From Proteromonas lacertae (Eukaryota), in the NCBI GenBank assembly GCA_002245135.1, contig NGBS01000038.1, forward strand, positions 1 to 61,851: a stretch of 61,851 nt of DNA, given 5' to 3'. Shown piece by piece: positions 26,346-40,588 of the stretch; the first letter of the stretch is position 1; every line of letters begins with the position of its first letter. Made by a program: the position numbers and the translations under genes. The notes beneath the pieces were generated by a model that was given only the letters and a program-made list of their open reading frames with translations, ran no database searches and had not been told where the DNA came from.

Positions 26346-27243
26346 TTGGTCTTTAATATTAGATTTTAATGGCTCTTCTAATTTCTTATTATGTAAGTTT
26401 CTTCGATAAACTGAAATTAATGTCAAATCTTCTGAAACTGATATATAGGAGGGTGTTGCTGGTCGTATTAATGGTCCAAACCATTGTATTCGTCTGTTAC
26501 TATTATCACTACCACCATCACCATAATCATCTTCCTGGTATTTACTATATTTATTGTATTTCAATAATGTCATATTTGGCATGATTTGACGAGCTTTTAT
26601 GATGTTGTTATAGGTGTTTAGCAATAACTGTTCATCATCACCGTAATTACACCTAGTCTTTGGAAATGTAGCTCTTAATGCATCCACACGCTATAACATA
26701 ATAATAATAAATAATTTATTTTTATACATCTTCAAAGCTTTCTAATTGTCGTATATAAAACTGACAAGGTCTTATTTCTGGTTTTAATATTTGAAGAAAC
26801 TGAAGTGATTGTGATGATTGCCAACCGTATTTACACATTAAATATATTGTTGTACAGATAACTGCACGATTAACACCATCAATGCTGTGGATCTAATTGA
26901 CAATTAGAAAATAATTGATATACAAGGCAACATTGATTAGAACAAAGTGCTTTTTCTACATGTAAATAAATCTTTTTTGCCTTTCAGATAATAATATAAA
27001 GCAGTATACAATTGCATCTTTATTATCAAATAATTCACTACTTGATCTATTCCAATGTAGTGTTAAATATCTAATAATATATGCTTAAATAATATACCTT
27101 ATTCCTGTCCTCTCAAACCTATTGGACACTTCATTTCCTGCACAATTAATAACATAAGTTATTTTATTGGATGAAAGGAAATCCATATCTTGAGAAAAAT
27201 CAGAATCACTTATAAATAACCCATCTTTTATTTTTGTTGTCAT
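24747..27243 (-). CDS. Dual-specificity phosphatase-like protein (catalytic Cys replaced by Ser) with long low-complexity tail
   Basis: MTTKIKDGLFISD..FLSSNKITYVINCAG, P-loop IHSIDGVNRA, IYLMCKYGW..SLQFL..KPEIRP..QL; followed by S/N/T/P-rich exons. Confidence 0.8.
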
Positions 27244-27307
27244 GATTTTCTCAAAAAAGAAAAAACTGATGGACCAAGCTTAAGTTTGATTCAAGGAATT
27301 TAAAAAG

Positions 27308-27879
27308 ATGAGTTTTCAACATGAAGATGATGACAATTATGATGAAGATTTTGTAGACACATTTAATGAAGCAAAAGAGAGCAAATCATTACATAATGAT
27401 AATGACTCAATAAATCAATTTAAGAAACCACCAATAGAAAAACATAATGTTCCAGATGATTTTAAACTGCTTGTTATGAACTTAATATTAGCAAACATGT
27501 CAAAATCTCTTGTAGAAGCAACAGAATTACAGAAAATAAGACAAAAGAGAAGAGAAGAGCAAGTCTATCAGTTAAGAAAAATGTAATTATTATAATTTTT
27601 TATATTAATTTAGAGCGTCAAACATATATTCAGAAGAATTCGATAAAATATTGAGAGAGTTAAGTGTATAAACTGCTCCTTATCATTATTTAATTTCTAT
27701 AGAATCCAGTAGAGATAGATCCAAATGATCCACTGAGAGGAGAGATTCAGATGATGGCTTAAAAAAGAAATGTGTCAGAATCTATTCTCTCAGAAAGATT
27801 TGCTAGAAGATAGTGTGATAAAAAAAGTATAAAACATAGAAGATATTATTCTTAGGTTTTAAATGACACAATTCTGTAG
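27308..27879 (+). CDS. Hypothetical protein (multi-exon)
   Basis: 92-aa first exon followed by short exons with canonical mini-introns; 3' end approximate. Confidence 0.5.
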
Positions 27880-28081
27880 ATCTTAGTAAAGTAGAATTAA
27901 TTTAAAAATATCATTTCTCTCTTTTATAATATTATTTTTTGAAATGGAAAATGCATTGTTTAAAATATTAGGTGGAAATGGATATGTTCGTTTCTAGTAT
28001 ACAAATAATACAAGTGTCATAGAAAACTTGGCTTGACTTTATTTTAATTAAGATTTTTTCTGTCTTTGTATATACTGTAAA

Positions 28082-29987
28082 ATGGATGTATAACTGATAT
28101 TGTTTTACATAATTAGAAATCTACTAATGAGGATGAAGAGAATAACATTATAAACACGAATGTATTTTTTCTATGTACTATTCATAGTCTGACAATGCTC
28201 AACCAGTTAATACACCACAAAGAAGAAGAATGGCACCATCTGTAGACCTGTCATGTATGAATTTATTTTCATTCTCTAGTTATGTCTCCTATCATGTCGC
28301 CACCACCTGGAATGATTTTAGATGAGGATGAGATTTGTACACCCAATGGTATTAGTAGAGCTGAATCAGGTTCTGATTTTGACAGTATATAAATAAGCTT
28401 ATTTATACTATAGGTTTAAATGGCTTTACTCTTCCTCCTTCTCAAGCATTTGTCGCTTTCACTCCACACCGTCTTAACTTCAATTCACCTTCACTTAGTG
28501 TAGATACAGATTTAACTCAAAATCCTCCTCCACCACCTACAGTTATAAGTCCATACAAATTAAGATCATCCAGATTAGCAAGATGTACTACCTTTTCCCC
28601 AACATTAAAAGATCATACAATGCAAATAAATAACACTGTTTTTTCACAAAAACCAAGAGCAATGACTAGTTTAGAATCAGATATAATTATTCCAGATTGG
28701 GGAGATGATGCCTATAACATTGATACTGAAGATTCCGAATCTTCATCTCCTTCTCCCAATAGATACAATAGAAAAGAAGCAAAATCAGCAATGGAACATA
28801 CTTCAACGCCTCAACTATATAGAAGTCACACTACAATAGATGGAGTGAATGATCCACTCACAGCTACTAAAAGAAGTGAAAAAAATAAGAATAGTACTGA
28901 TAGTAACAATAGTAGCAGTAGCAGTACTGATAAAAGCAGAAGAAGAAGAAGAATGCCGCCTTTTTCACCTGAGAGAGCTGGACCACCAGCACAACGTGAA
29001 AAATTAATATCTCAATCTGCTGGTGATAGTAGTTTTGCTGAATATGCAGTTACACATAAAAATAGAGGATGTGACAGACCCAAATCAACAGGATGTGGTG
29101 GAATGGTTTTTAATGGTTTTTCTAATTTCAGTAATCTCGAAAATTTCTTCCCAATGAGTGAAATTCCCTATGATTTAATGAGATTAAAAAATTTTGTGTT
29201 GCATTGTCCATTTGATAATGAAAGAGATCCAAGATGGTTTAGGTGTATGATTAGAAGGAGGAAAGATCCAAAAACTGTATATGAATGTGGATTTTTTAGA
29301 GATGAAGATCCATCTCAATTTTTAGTAATTAGTTATGCTAGAAGAAAGAGGTTTATCTCTACTACTAAGTATATAATTTCACTATTAGAATCTGATTTAT
29401 TCGATAAAATTAAAGGTGAAGGCTATTTAGGTAAATTACAATGTAATTTCAAAAAGACAATTTTTATGCTATTTTCTGACTATTTAGATGATGAACCAGA
29501 CAGTTATATTAATTATGGTATTATAATGAAAACTCCCAACAACAAGAATCCTGCATATAATTATCAAGTATGCATTCCCTCATTGTTGCGTAATGGAGAA
29601 CCTTCTTATATATGGAGATCCATAAAAAATGAAAAAGACCCATTATATCAAGCATTTGTTGAGATTCAAGAAAAAGGAGCTCAAAATGCATTATATGAAG
29701 ATAAAATTAAATGTTTTTCACTTCCAACAAGGATTATTGGTAGAACTGTACAATATCATATGACTACTGTCAATTCTATTAAAAATTGTTCATTAATCAA
29801 AGCTTCACCTGAATCATTACCACTGAAAATGGATTTGTTTAAAAGCTCGTCTAAGCTTGTTAATAATCTTGATGATTTAGACACTTGCTTTAGATTTTCA
29901 AAAACTAGTGATTGTTTATATACACTAGATTTTCGTTATCCTTTTTCATTATTCCAAGCATTTGCAGTTGCTTTATCAAGATTTTAA
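28082..29987 (+). CDS. Tubby-like protein
   Basis: Tub domain motifs RCMIRR, ARRKR..TKYIIS, YLGKLQCNF, SIKN and LDFRYPFSLFQAFAVALSRF; disordered multi-exon N-terminus. Confidence 0.88.
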
Positions 29988-30138
29988 TAACTGTACAATG
30001 TATATATAAAAAATATAATTGAATCATTTGTGAAATTTAGTTTAAATATTGATTAATGTTTTTCTTTGGTTATATTTTTATGTGTTATTTGGGTTTTACT
30101 AACATAAAATAAAATAATTAATCATAAACAACATAGAA

Positions 30139-31072
30139 TTATCTTAAATTTAAAGCTAATACTTCACCACTAATAAAACCTAACACTGAGCCAAGTAAAA
30201 TATGAAATAAATTCAAACTCTGTTTATTTTTATTGCTTTTATTACGATTATCATTCTCATTTTCATTATCACTTTCATCATCATCTATTATTCCATCATT
30301 TTGTAGTAATGTTAGTTTATTATTAATTCTCCTTATTTCTTTAGCCATTAATTTATTTGTATGTAAAATTAATTGATTCTCTGAAGCTAATTTTAAAGTT
30401 CTATTTAACAGCATATCATATGACTTTCTAAATTTCATTATTTCTTCATTTATATTTCTCTATAACAGTTATATAAGTTATATAGATATACACAATCAAA
30501 AAAAGTACATTCTTCATCATCATCATCATCTTTTATATCTATATTGTCTATATAAAATGGCAGAGTATTTGAATAAATTTCATTATTTTCACTCAATGCA
30601 TCCCACTATATATAAATGAATAAAAACAATATACAAGCAAAAATAATTCATCTTCATTATTATCTTTTGGAAGTTCATTTTTATATTCATTTGGTATTAA
30701 TATAGATAATATTTTCAGTTGACTCAATAGAGGAAAGTATTCTGCTGTATATAACAAATTATCAGGATCATTAATTATTACTGCAAATGATAATATAATT
30801 GATAATCATACTCTCTATTTGCATAGATTCATGTGATTTAATTATATTGATACATGGTACAACACAAAACTCATTAATATTTGATTCTTTTGCTTGATAG
30901 ATAATCTACACAAATATTATATTGCTGTTATACTTCATTATCAGTAATATTTTCGATAGATATCTTTACTGGCTCTTTTTCGTATACTATTACTGTATTA
31001 ACTTCATTTATCAATACATAATATTTTAAATGGCCTTGGTGCTTTAATTTCTATTATGTCGTCTTCATCCAT
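30139..31072 (-). CDS. Hypothetical protein with coiled coil and C-terminal TM anchor (multi-exon)
   Basis: ATG 31072 (MDEDDIIEIKAPRPFK); the last exon ends in hydrophobic LFHILLGSVLGFISGEVLAL. Confidence 0.55.
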
Positions 31073-31202
31073 TATGTATCGATAGAATAAAATGCTAAAA
31101 CTTTATGACGATTAAAATAGATTCGTTTCAGTATTTCAATTGTTCTTATTTGTTAATAACTCTATCCTAAACACATTTTTAAAAATAAGACCGTCAGAAA
31201 TA

Positions 31203-32124
31203 ATGAACAAGGACTTATCAACTATCTTATGGAGAAAAGAACAGATTAAAATAACTGAGGATGTATTGCTGACTATTCATTTTTCTTAGTTTTCGAGTAA
31301 TGATGACTCTTTTTGTAGCACAAATTCTGCAGCAGACTCTGTTGGAGAAAATCCTGAAGATAGCAAACACATTTTCACAGAAGAGTATTTTGTGTTTATT
31401 ATATTTTAGTGGGTTTAATTTAAATATAATAAAAACAGTAGTAAATTTAGATATACCAAAAAACTCCACAGTTGAGGAAATGAGATTGTTACTACTAAAG
31501 AAGATAGAAAGTGAGAATTTAGACTACCCAGGAGATCCTGAAAAGTATAAATACCATTATATTTACTCATTTTATAGTTACGAAATAAGAGCAGCAGAAG
31601 AATCTGGAAAATTAGATACAGACTTCCCTCGTTTAAACCGTAGCAGTATAGCAACATCATTTGGATGTGATTATTTCCAAATTAGAAGTCTAATAACCAA
31701 TAAACCATACGCATATGTCTATATGAACATCAAAACACCAAATAAGACAATTAATCAATGTAGTATTGGTATTAATACATCATCCACAGATACGACAACA
31801 ACAACAACTACTACTACTACTACTACAAATACTACTGCTACAACAACAACAACAACAACAACAACAACAGCTGTTCCACTAGCAAGAGCAATACCTATCA
31901 CTAATATAAATGTCAATACAAATTCAACTTCAACTACAAATCAGAATATCAATTTACCTCCATTACATTTCTCGTCTATAACTGATAGTAGCAGTAATAT
32001 TAATAATAATGAAACGATCGTTAGTCCACTTTGTTTTATGTCCATAGTTTCACCAACATCAACAACAAATCTTAATAAACAACAACAATCATCATCAACT
32101 TTATCATTATCAGGAAGATCAACC

Positions 32125-32160
<36 letters not shown>

Positions 32161-33317
32161 GTTAATAATGGATGGATCCCTGAATCAGATGTAGTTAAAT
32201 GCATGTATTCAAACTGTGAAAATGATTTCAAATCAGGAAGTACAATATTCTCATCCAAAAAGAAGAAATATAGATGTATTAAATGTGGATTTATATTTTG
32301 TTATAAACATGTTATGCCTTTGAAAGATAATAATAATAATAATAATAATATGAAACTATCACCTTCTTCACTAATATCCAATCCAACACAAACAATTGCA
32401 TCAACATTAACTTCAAGTCCAAAGTATCAATGTTGTAGTTGTATTAATAAAGAATTCAATTTGAATAACAATTTTTCTCCTTTAGATAGTAGTGTATATT
32501 TATATTTTTATATATTTATTTATATATATAGTCTCCGACAACATTTCCTGCACTATTATATATAAATTCTCCACCATTACATTTGAAGTTATCAAGTGAT
32601 GAAAATGGAAAGAATGCAATAATTGAAGCAATAGAAAAGAATGATTATCAACAGTTAGAAAATGGTTATTATTTAATTGGTATAAATTTCAAATCTGTAA
32701 AAGATGAAGACTTTTATGATATTATAACCGAATTAAAAGATAATAAAAAATATCCGTTATCTCTTCATTTTTCACCTACTCTTGATACTGATTTACCTGA
32801 TGTTCGAACTCCTTCAAACTCATTTTCAAGATCTTCACCACGTTCACCTCCTACTCCATTATATATACAAACCAGTGTATCAAGTAAACCACTGTTATCT
32901 TCTCAAACAGTACCAAGTGATCAACTTGTATTTCCTGACCAAAAGAATGATAATAGAACGTTATTAAAACCATCACATTCTGAGAATTATATAATTAATA
33001 GAAGAAATAACAATACAACATCACCACCTTCTATTATATTATCACGTATATATATATATATTAATATATAAATAGCAACAACACCAAAAAACAAGTTAGT
33101 TTGGACTCCTGATTCATTCACAGATCGATGTATGTTTGAAGGATGTGATGTAAAATTCGGTTATATTAGAAGAAAGCATCACTGTAGAAACTGTGGTAAG
33201 ATTTATTGTAATAGTCATTCAGCTATTAAGTTGATATTACCTGGTTATGCTCAACCTCAAAGAGTTTGTACCAAATGTTATGGAATGATTTCTACAGCAA
33301 CAGTTCCTATCATATAA
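31203..33317 (+). CDS. Sin1 CRIM-like domain + two FYVE-type zinc fingers
   Basis: YEIRAAEESGKLDTDFPRLNR..SFG resembles the Sin1 CRIM signature. Degenerate FYVE WIPES..C..KKKYRCIKCGFIFCYKH and canonical FYVE WTPD..RRKHHCRNCGKIYCNSHS..RVCTKC. Confidence 0.8.
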
Positions 33318-33525
33318 ATATTATAGATATATACATATTTTAGAACAATAAGAGTGTAAGAATGTTTTATTAGTTTTGTTATTATTTCTCATTAAAATTA
33401 TTTTGTTATTTGATTATTGTTGATTTTGTTTATAAATGAAAAAATAAAATAAATAATTATTCATTTTCAAATATTTTAATAAAAAAAAACATAATTATAT
33501 AAATATATATAACAATATTCCATAT

Positions 33526-34998
33526 TTAAACTAACCCTTGTGATACTAAACCAGCAGGACCTCTGCTAGCCTCACTACCAATCTCCTGAGTATCTAAATC
33601 ATCAGTTGGCACACCATATTCATGCAATTTTTCTGTATAAGTTCTAACAATATCATTATGTGACTTAATCACTCTTATAACTGCATATTGTAGATCTTGG
33701 ATAATACTATCTCTTGAATATAATACTTCATCTAATTGTGTTGTTAATGCGTTGATTACTGCTGGATCTAAGTTAGCAGCTGCTAATGTATCTCTAAATT
33801 GAACTTCCTTTACATCATAATCATGTTGTAATTTTTCGATTCTTTTTTCTAACACCAAATTCTTTAAATCTGTCTTTCTTTCTACTGCTGCGACAGTATT
33901 TTCAAATCTATCATATAATTCATCTTTTTCTTTCTCTGTTTCATTATATAACTCAATTAGCTCGGCTTGAGCTTTTTCTAATGCAATTAAACGTTCTTCT
34001 GTTGCTTTTAACCTAGCCGTTACATTATGTAAAACTAATTTATCACCATTATAATTCTTTAAAGCTGCTTGTAGTTGTGTTACTTCTTTTAATGTTAATT
34101 TTAATGGTCCTGATAGTCTCTTATTCTCTTGAGCTATCTCATACATTAATTTTTGATTTGCTTCAGCCTTAGCTTCCAACTGTACGATAGCATCTTTCAA
34201 TGAGTTGATTAGATTTAAATTATCTTTGGTTATATCATTATAATAAGCTTTAATTTGATTAAATGCTTTTTCATGATTTTTCATAAGTTGATTAATATGT
34301 AAATTTTTTCGTTCTTCTATTTCATGAATCTCTACTTTTCTCTTCAATTCTAATTCATTACGAAGTGCTTCTAATTTATCAGAATACATTTTTTGCAACC
34401 CATTCAATGTATCGAAAAATTGGTCGTTTAATTTGGTTATATTCTTTAAATTATTTTCTTTTAAGTCTTTTACTTCTTGTTCATTTTGACATTGTCTTTC
34501 TATTAATTCTAATTTCAATCCAGCTTTCTGTCTTCTTAAATTATCTAATCTTTGTAAATGAGCTTCGTTCTCTTCATCTACATTGGTTGTTTTCTCTTTT
34601 ACTACTGTATTTTCATTATGTGTGTTTTCAAATTCCAAATGTTTCACCTTCTGTAAATAAACTCTGATTTCTACTTTGTGATTTCTTTCGCTTTCTTCCA
34701 TATCTCTGTCTAATTGTAAAGATTCCATTTTCAAATTGTTTAATTCTTCAGTTGTTATATTATAAAAGTTCTTTATAGTATCCTGTTAAAATGAAATAAA
34801 TTATAAAAATACTCTTTCAAGTTGTACATAATTTCTATCCTGTTGTGCTTTTAATAATTTCTGCTCTGAATCCTTGATAATAGCTTCTAATTCTTCTGAA
34901 GTCTTACTTTGAAATTTCTCATCAATTGGTGGAGGCTATAGAATTAAAATGAATCAATCTTATACTTCTTCCTTCTTTGGCTTCTTCTTTTTTGGCAT
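33526..34998 (-). CDS. GAS8: Dynein regulatory complex subunit 4 (GAS8/trypanin)
   Basis: MPKKKK start; RNYVQLERDTI, HKVEIRVYLQKVKHL, EIHEIEERKNLHINQLMKNHEKAF..IKAYYNDIT..NL.LI.SLK. Confidence 0.95.
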
Positions 34999-35144
34999 TT
35001 AAAAAATCAAAAACGTCTTTTGATTCGGATAATGGTTTTCTGAAACACAGTTCGAAGATCAAACATTTTGATGTAAAGTTAGTAAAAAACTTGATAATCA
35101 AACCGACATTGAATAACTATACGAATTAGCATTTTGGAATAACA

Positions 35145-35707
35145 ATGGTATATATATAGCTTATAGATTATTTATAAATTATATAAATTCATTATATTTA
35201 TCTGTATAGGCATTCGTACCAGATAAGGAATTTCAACACATTCTTCGTGTACTTAATACCAACATTGATGGTAAGAGAAAAATTATGTATGCCCTTACAT
35301 CCATCAGAGGTATTGGACGTAGATTTGCTGCAGCTGTCTGCAAAAAGGCTGATGTTGATGCTACAAGAAGGTATTTAAATATTAAAATAATAATAATATG
35401 AAATAGAGCTGGTGATTTAAGCAATGATGAAATTGAAAAATTAGTAGATGTAATTAGCAAGCCTTTAGACTACAAGATCCCACAATGGTTCCTCAACAGA
35501 CAAAAGGATCATACCACTGGTGTTTATACTCAATTATCTTCTAACCAATTATCTAACTCTCTTCGTGAAGATATTGAAAGATTAAAGAAGATTAGAGCCC
35601 ACAGAGGTTTAAGACATCATTGGGGTATTCGTGTTCGTGGTCAACACACTAAATCTAATGGTAGAAGAGGTAAGACTATGGGTGTATCAAAGAAGAAGGG
35701 AGGATAA
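35145..35707 (+). CDS. RPS18: 40S ribosomal protein S18 (uS13)
   Basis: Not in the ORF track. ATG, intron 35148-35209, [39 protein letters not shown], intron 35371-35406, ..[42 protein letters not shown]. Confidence 0.97.
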
Positions 35708-35839
35708 GACTTTAATTAATACTAAAAGTGAATTGTTATTCCAATATATATTTTGGCATATTTAGAGGGATTTTATGAATAAATAAATAAATCGTATATT
35801 TGTACAAACAATAAAAAAAAGCATAAGAAAATTGAATAA

Positions 35840-37169
35840 TTAAGAAATTAGCAAAGAAGTGTTTAGAAAATCTTCAACTAATGGATTATAACCTGTTATA
35901 GTCTTTGACAAAGTTAATGGTGCATAATTACACATAAAATCTGCTGTTTTCGTTACTTGACAATCTTTCTTTGTTATACTCTCGTAAGCTAATTTTAACA
36001 AAGAGAAATCAGTAGGAAAGAATATTTCTAGCAAATCAGGTGGTAATAAGTAAGATCCATAATCTTTATCATCTTTTGTTACAATTGGAGCATTAATTGC
36101 AGCTAATGAGTTATCCCAGGAAGGATCAGTGGTTATATTTGGATATGGTAGAGAGTCATAATCTATATAAATATATATATAATAACGATGTACTAGTAAA
36201 AATAACTGAATGATTTGGTATATTGTCATTGATATATTTAATCATTTCAATTGCACCAGTTGGTAGAAATATAGCATCATTATATTCATTAATTCTGATA
36301 TTTCTAAACCTTCTCAATGACTTCTCAAACATATTTGCTATTCTTTTAGACATTGTCAATTTTGGTTGTTCTATTATTCTATTATTATAATACTCCAATG
36401 TTTGTTCAACTATTTTTGATGTTATTTTACTATTGATTTCTACCATTTCATTATTACTTTTTTGTTGAATAAATACTTCTTCCCACTCCTTTGTATTTTC
36501 ATTGTATTTCACTTTGTCATGTGGTAATACATCTAATACTTCTATTCCCATCACTATTGTATTCTTTGACTTGATTTCTTCAGGTATTTTCCAATCCATT
36601 ATACTTTTAGGTATTAATGTTACATTTTTGTGAAAGGGAGTAATAATTTGCTTTTGTCTGTCTAAAAATGATTTATTTGGATTTGCTATATAATAGTGAG
36701 TGTTTTGGTATAATTCTGTGTGATTTTCTTGTAAATAATCCAATATCACTTTTGCATTAGTTCCATTTCTTCCATTAATTTCTATTAATTTTAACTCTTT
36801 CTGTTCTTCAGGATTATATTTTGTTAATATATAATTCAAAATTGCTGACGAGTAGTGTGGACTAAATAGATCGACTGGTCTTAACCATTCTTCTGGACAT
36901 GACTACATTATAATTATTTAATATAAATATATACCTCATATAACTTCTTTAGTTGAAATTGATATTCTGGATAGCCTAACAGAGAAACAAAATCAAGCAA
37001 AGGCATATTCGGAATTTCTAAGCTTAATTTTGTATGATTATTCTTGTGATTGAAGTAATTAGAAAGAAATTCTTTCACACTACACTGTTTACTTACTATA
37101 AAATATTTAAATAATAAAATTACATTGTGAAAACTGTCTGAATGGTATCCTACATAGAGATTGAAGCAT
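35840..37169 (-). CDS. NDUFAF7/MidA-family SAM-dependent methyltransferase
   Basis: WLRPVDLFSPHYSSAILNYI, IEINGRNGTNA..ILDYL, EVLDVLPHD, IFLPTGA, DYDSLP, IFFPTDF, NPLVEDF.NT; N-terminus looks like an organellar presequence. Confidence 0.78.
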
Positions 37170-37225
37170 TTTTTGTCTCAAACTAGTTTGAATTTGTGTT
37201 TTTATTTTTTCGATTTATCTTCTTT

Positions 37226-38237
37226 ATGAATATTGGAAACGTAGTATCATTGTCACTACCAAAGAAAGGGTATAAATGTTGTTGTTTATTGGTAATAGGT
37301 TTCTCGGTATTGAAGGAATTGAGAATTACTATGATGTGACATTTTCAGTAAATAAGACAACAATAAAAGCAGTAAGATTCTTACTAGAATTCAATTCACA
37401 ATATTTTAAAGATTTGTTTAGTAGTCTACCACATTTTCGATCACCCTTAACTCCAATCGAAATAGAAGATAGTACACCTGAAGCATTTCAGTCAATTATA
37501 TTATATTTATCCTACGGAGAAGTATATATCAAAATTAATTATTTTTACATATATAGGTTCAATTACGCAATTCATCCATTTTAGACATATTATTATGTAC
37601 AGAGAAATATAATTTATCCGAATTTCAAGACCAATGCATAAGTTATATTTCAAGAAACTGTGATTTTGATATATGGTTTAAATATTGGAAACTTACTCTT
37701 AAATACAACAATTCAAATATTCTATTTCATATAGGAATAATTATAGATACTTGGGCAAGTAATAATATATCAAAGATATTTGCAGATGGTAAAATATCTA
37801 CATTAGAAGTAATTCACATTCAAAGAGTACTCTTAACTGAAAATATAAAGATTTCAAGTGAAAATAAATTATTAGAGTATTTAATACAATGGGCATGTTT
37901 TCAAATTAAAATATATAATGAGAGTATAGATAATGTGAAAGATTTATTTTTGTCTTTTATTAATCATATACAGTGGAGTAATATTACTCAGATTAATTTA
38001 AAGAATATTCAATTTTCAGAGAATCTACTTAACCCACAAGATTTAGTGAATTTTAAAGATAATCATTTAAATAGTTTTGTTCGTCATAATAGGAGGTATG
38101 ATATTGAAAGTTTAGTAAATAATCAGTTTGAAGAAATACAAATATCAAATAAAAGACCAAGAGATGATGATAATTTTATATATGAAGATTCCGATGAGGA
38201 ATATTGTTATATGATAAAAAAGCAGAAGATAATGTAA
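37226..38237 (+). CDS. BTB/POZ (+BACK-like) domain protein
   Basis: DVTFSV..IKAVRFLL..SQYFKDLF..IEIEDSTPEAFQSIILYLSYG; later SENKLLEYLIQW. Confidence 0.82.
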
Positions 38238-38347
38238 TAAATGTGTAATTTAATAGTTTATTATTTGTTTTATGAGGTTGTATTTGATATAAAAATACAA
38301 TACACTAGAGAGTGTATTACAGTGTATTCAAAATCTAAAACAGCAAA

Positions 38348-40549
38348 ATGAATATCTCAAGTCCTATGAATTTCAGTACATCAACCCCTAGGCATAACAA
38401 TACATCTACACCAACTGATAGTCCCTTTGTTTTTAGCTCAAAGAAAACTATAATCACAACTCCTTCATCTCCGAAGGTTGATAAGGAACAAGCCAAACAG
38501 CAATATGAGAAAATTATATTAGGTTGTAAAACCACATTTTTCAAACATAAAAAGCTGGATCCAAGAAAGTCACTCTTTCTACTAGAGAAGGAGAAGAGAT
38601 CACAGTTTTATCTAGACTTAGTATGTTTATACATATTTATTTATATTATAAATATACTCTATAGGTATGGTATTTGATTTTTCTAATTGTACTATTCATA
38701 TTTATTGCTGAATTACCTGTGCACCAACTTAATGAACAGAATTTAATGAGTTATGACACATTTGTTCAACAAAATATACAAGATCTGATACATGAAAAGT
38801 TTTTCAATGAAATTACCTTAAAATTCGAATATGACAAATGGATAAATACTTCACTATATGCAGGTGTATTTGACTGGGATTATACAAACATAAAATTTAT
38901 TGGTCCAATTAGATTTCGACAAATGCGATCGAAAGAAATAGATTGTGAAAAAAATACAATATCCAAAGATACTATGTGTTTAGCTCATATATCTGGTGAA
39001 GATGATCAAGATAAAGAACCATTTGGAAAAGGAAATAAATACAAATGGTACAATGACAATAACAAATTATATTCAACAATTTATGCATCTTCCAATCGTT
39101 TTTCTTTAATTCAATACTTAGGCAGAGGCGGTTACAGAATTGATGTACCAACAGATGATCCAGAAAAGGGAGAAAAAATGTTTACTGAAATAATTGACGA
39201 ATTTTTTACAGATCGAACAGCAATAATGGAAGTGTCTTTTTTACAATATTCTCCATCATCTCAACTATGGACTAACACAAGGCTGTTATTAGAAATATCC
39301 AATACATATAATTATCAATCATCATATAAGATAAGAACAGGTAAATTCATGTTGATGAGAAGTTTTGGAGATTTATTTACTCAATATATTGAAATTCCAC
39401 TGTTAATTATATTGTTGATTTGTTTGATAGTGAGAGAAGTATATAATAGTTATTATTTTATATTTTATTATTATTATTATTGTTATAGTCAAGAGAATTG
39501 ATTTCTAGTCCATTAGATTATTTCAAATCAGCTTGGAATTGGCTTGAAGTTACTCAAATCTTATTGATATTTACATTATTGATATTTTGGTCATTGTATA
39601 TTTATATATTTATATTTAAAAATAGATATGTAAGTCAATGTCACAAATTAGTTAAATCAATTAATGAAGATATCACTCAATTCCATCAAACTGATGATTT
39701 AATTTACTATTGGACAACTTTATACAATATTGCGTCATTCAGTGCATTGTTTTCTCCTATTAAAGTGTTTAAATATTTACGTCTTAGCTCAAGATTGAAT
39801 TTAATTTGGCATGCGATTAGTCTAGCTGCTGTTGATTTGGTTGCTTTTATTGTTATTTTTATGATTATTTTCTTTGGATTTATGTTCACAGGCAATATAG
39901 CATTTGGACCTAAATCTAAGAATTTTCAATCAATGTATAAATATTATATTATATTATAATTTCAATAGATTTACTTCATTTTTAGCTTGTTTCAATATGA
40001 TGATGGGTGATAGTGATCGTTTAGAATTAGTCAAAGCAAATCCAATGTTGGGAACAGTTTTTTATTTTATTTATTTATTATTTGTGTCTATTATATTAGT
40101 GAATGTGTTTATTGCTATTTTGAACGAATTCTTTACTGAGTCACAAGTATATTTTATTATATATATTTAATAGGAGGAAAATGAAAGAAGACAAAAATTA
40201 AGAAAGAAATTATTACATAATAACAATGGTAATGGAAATGGAAATGATGAAAATGGAAACAACGGAAACAACAAAAAAGAAAATAATAAAAATGAAGAAA
40301 AAGAAGATGAAAATAAAAACACTGAAGAAGAACTATCATTTATGGTAGAGTATGATGTGTTTGAAAGATTAAGTGAATATATAAACGGTTTTTGTGTGAT
40401 TGTTACACCACCATTAGATACATTAAGAGGCAAAGCAACTATTGCATTGAAAGACAGTAATATAGTGGAAATAGTGGATGAAAAATGGTTGAAAGCAGAG
40501 AGAAAGAGATTACATCGAATATATAAGAAATATGTTTATTTCTATATGT

Positions 40550-40588
<39 letters not shown>

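Noticed and set aside
35233..35460. 75-aa minus-strand ORF
   Set aside because: Antisense to RPS18.
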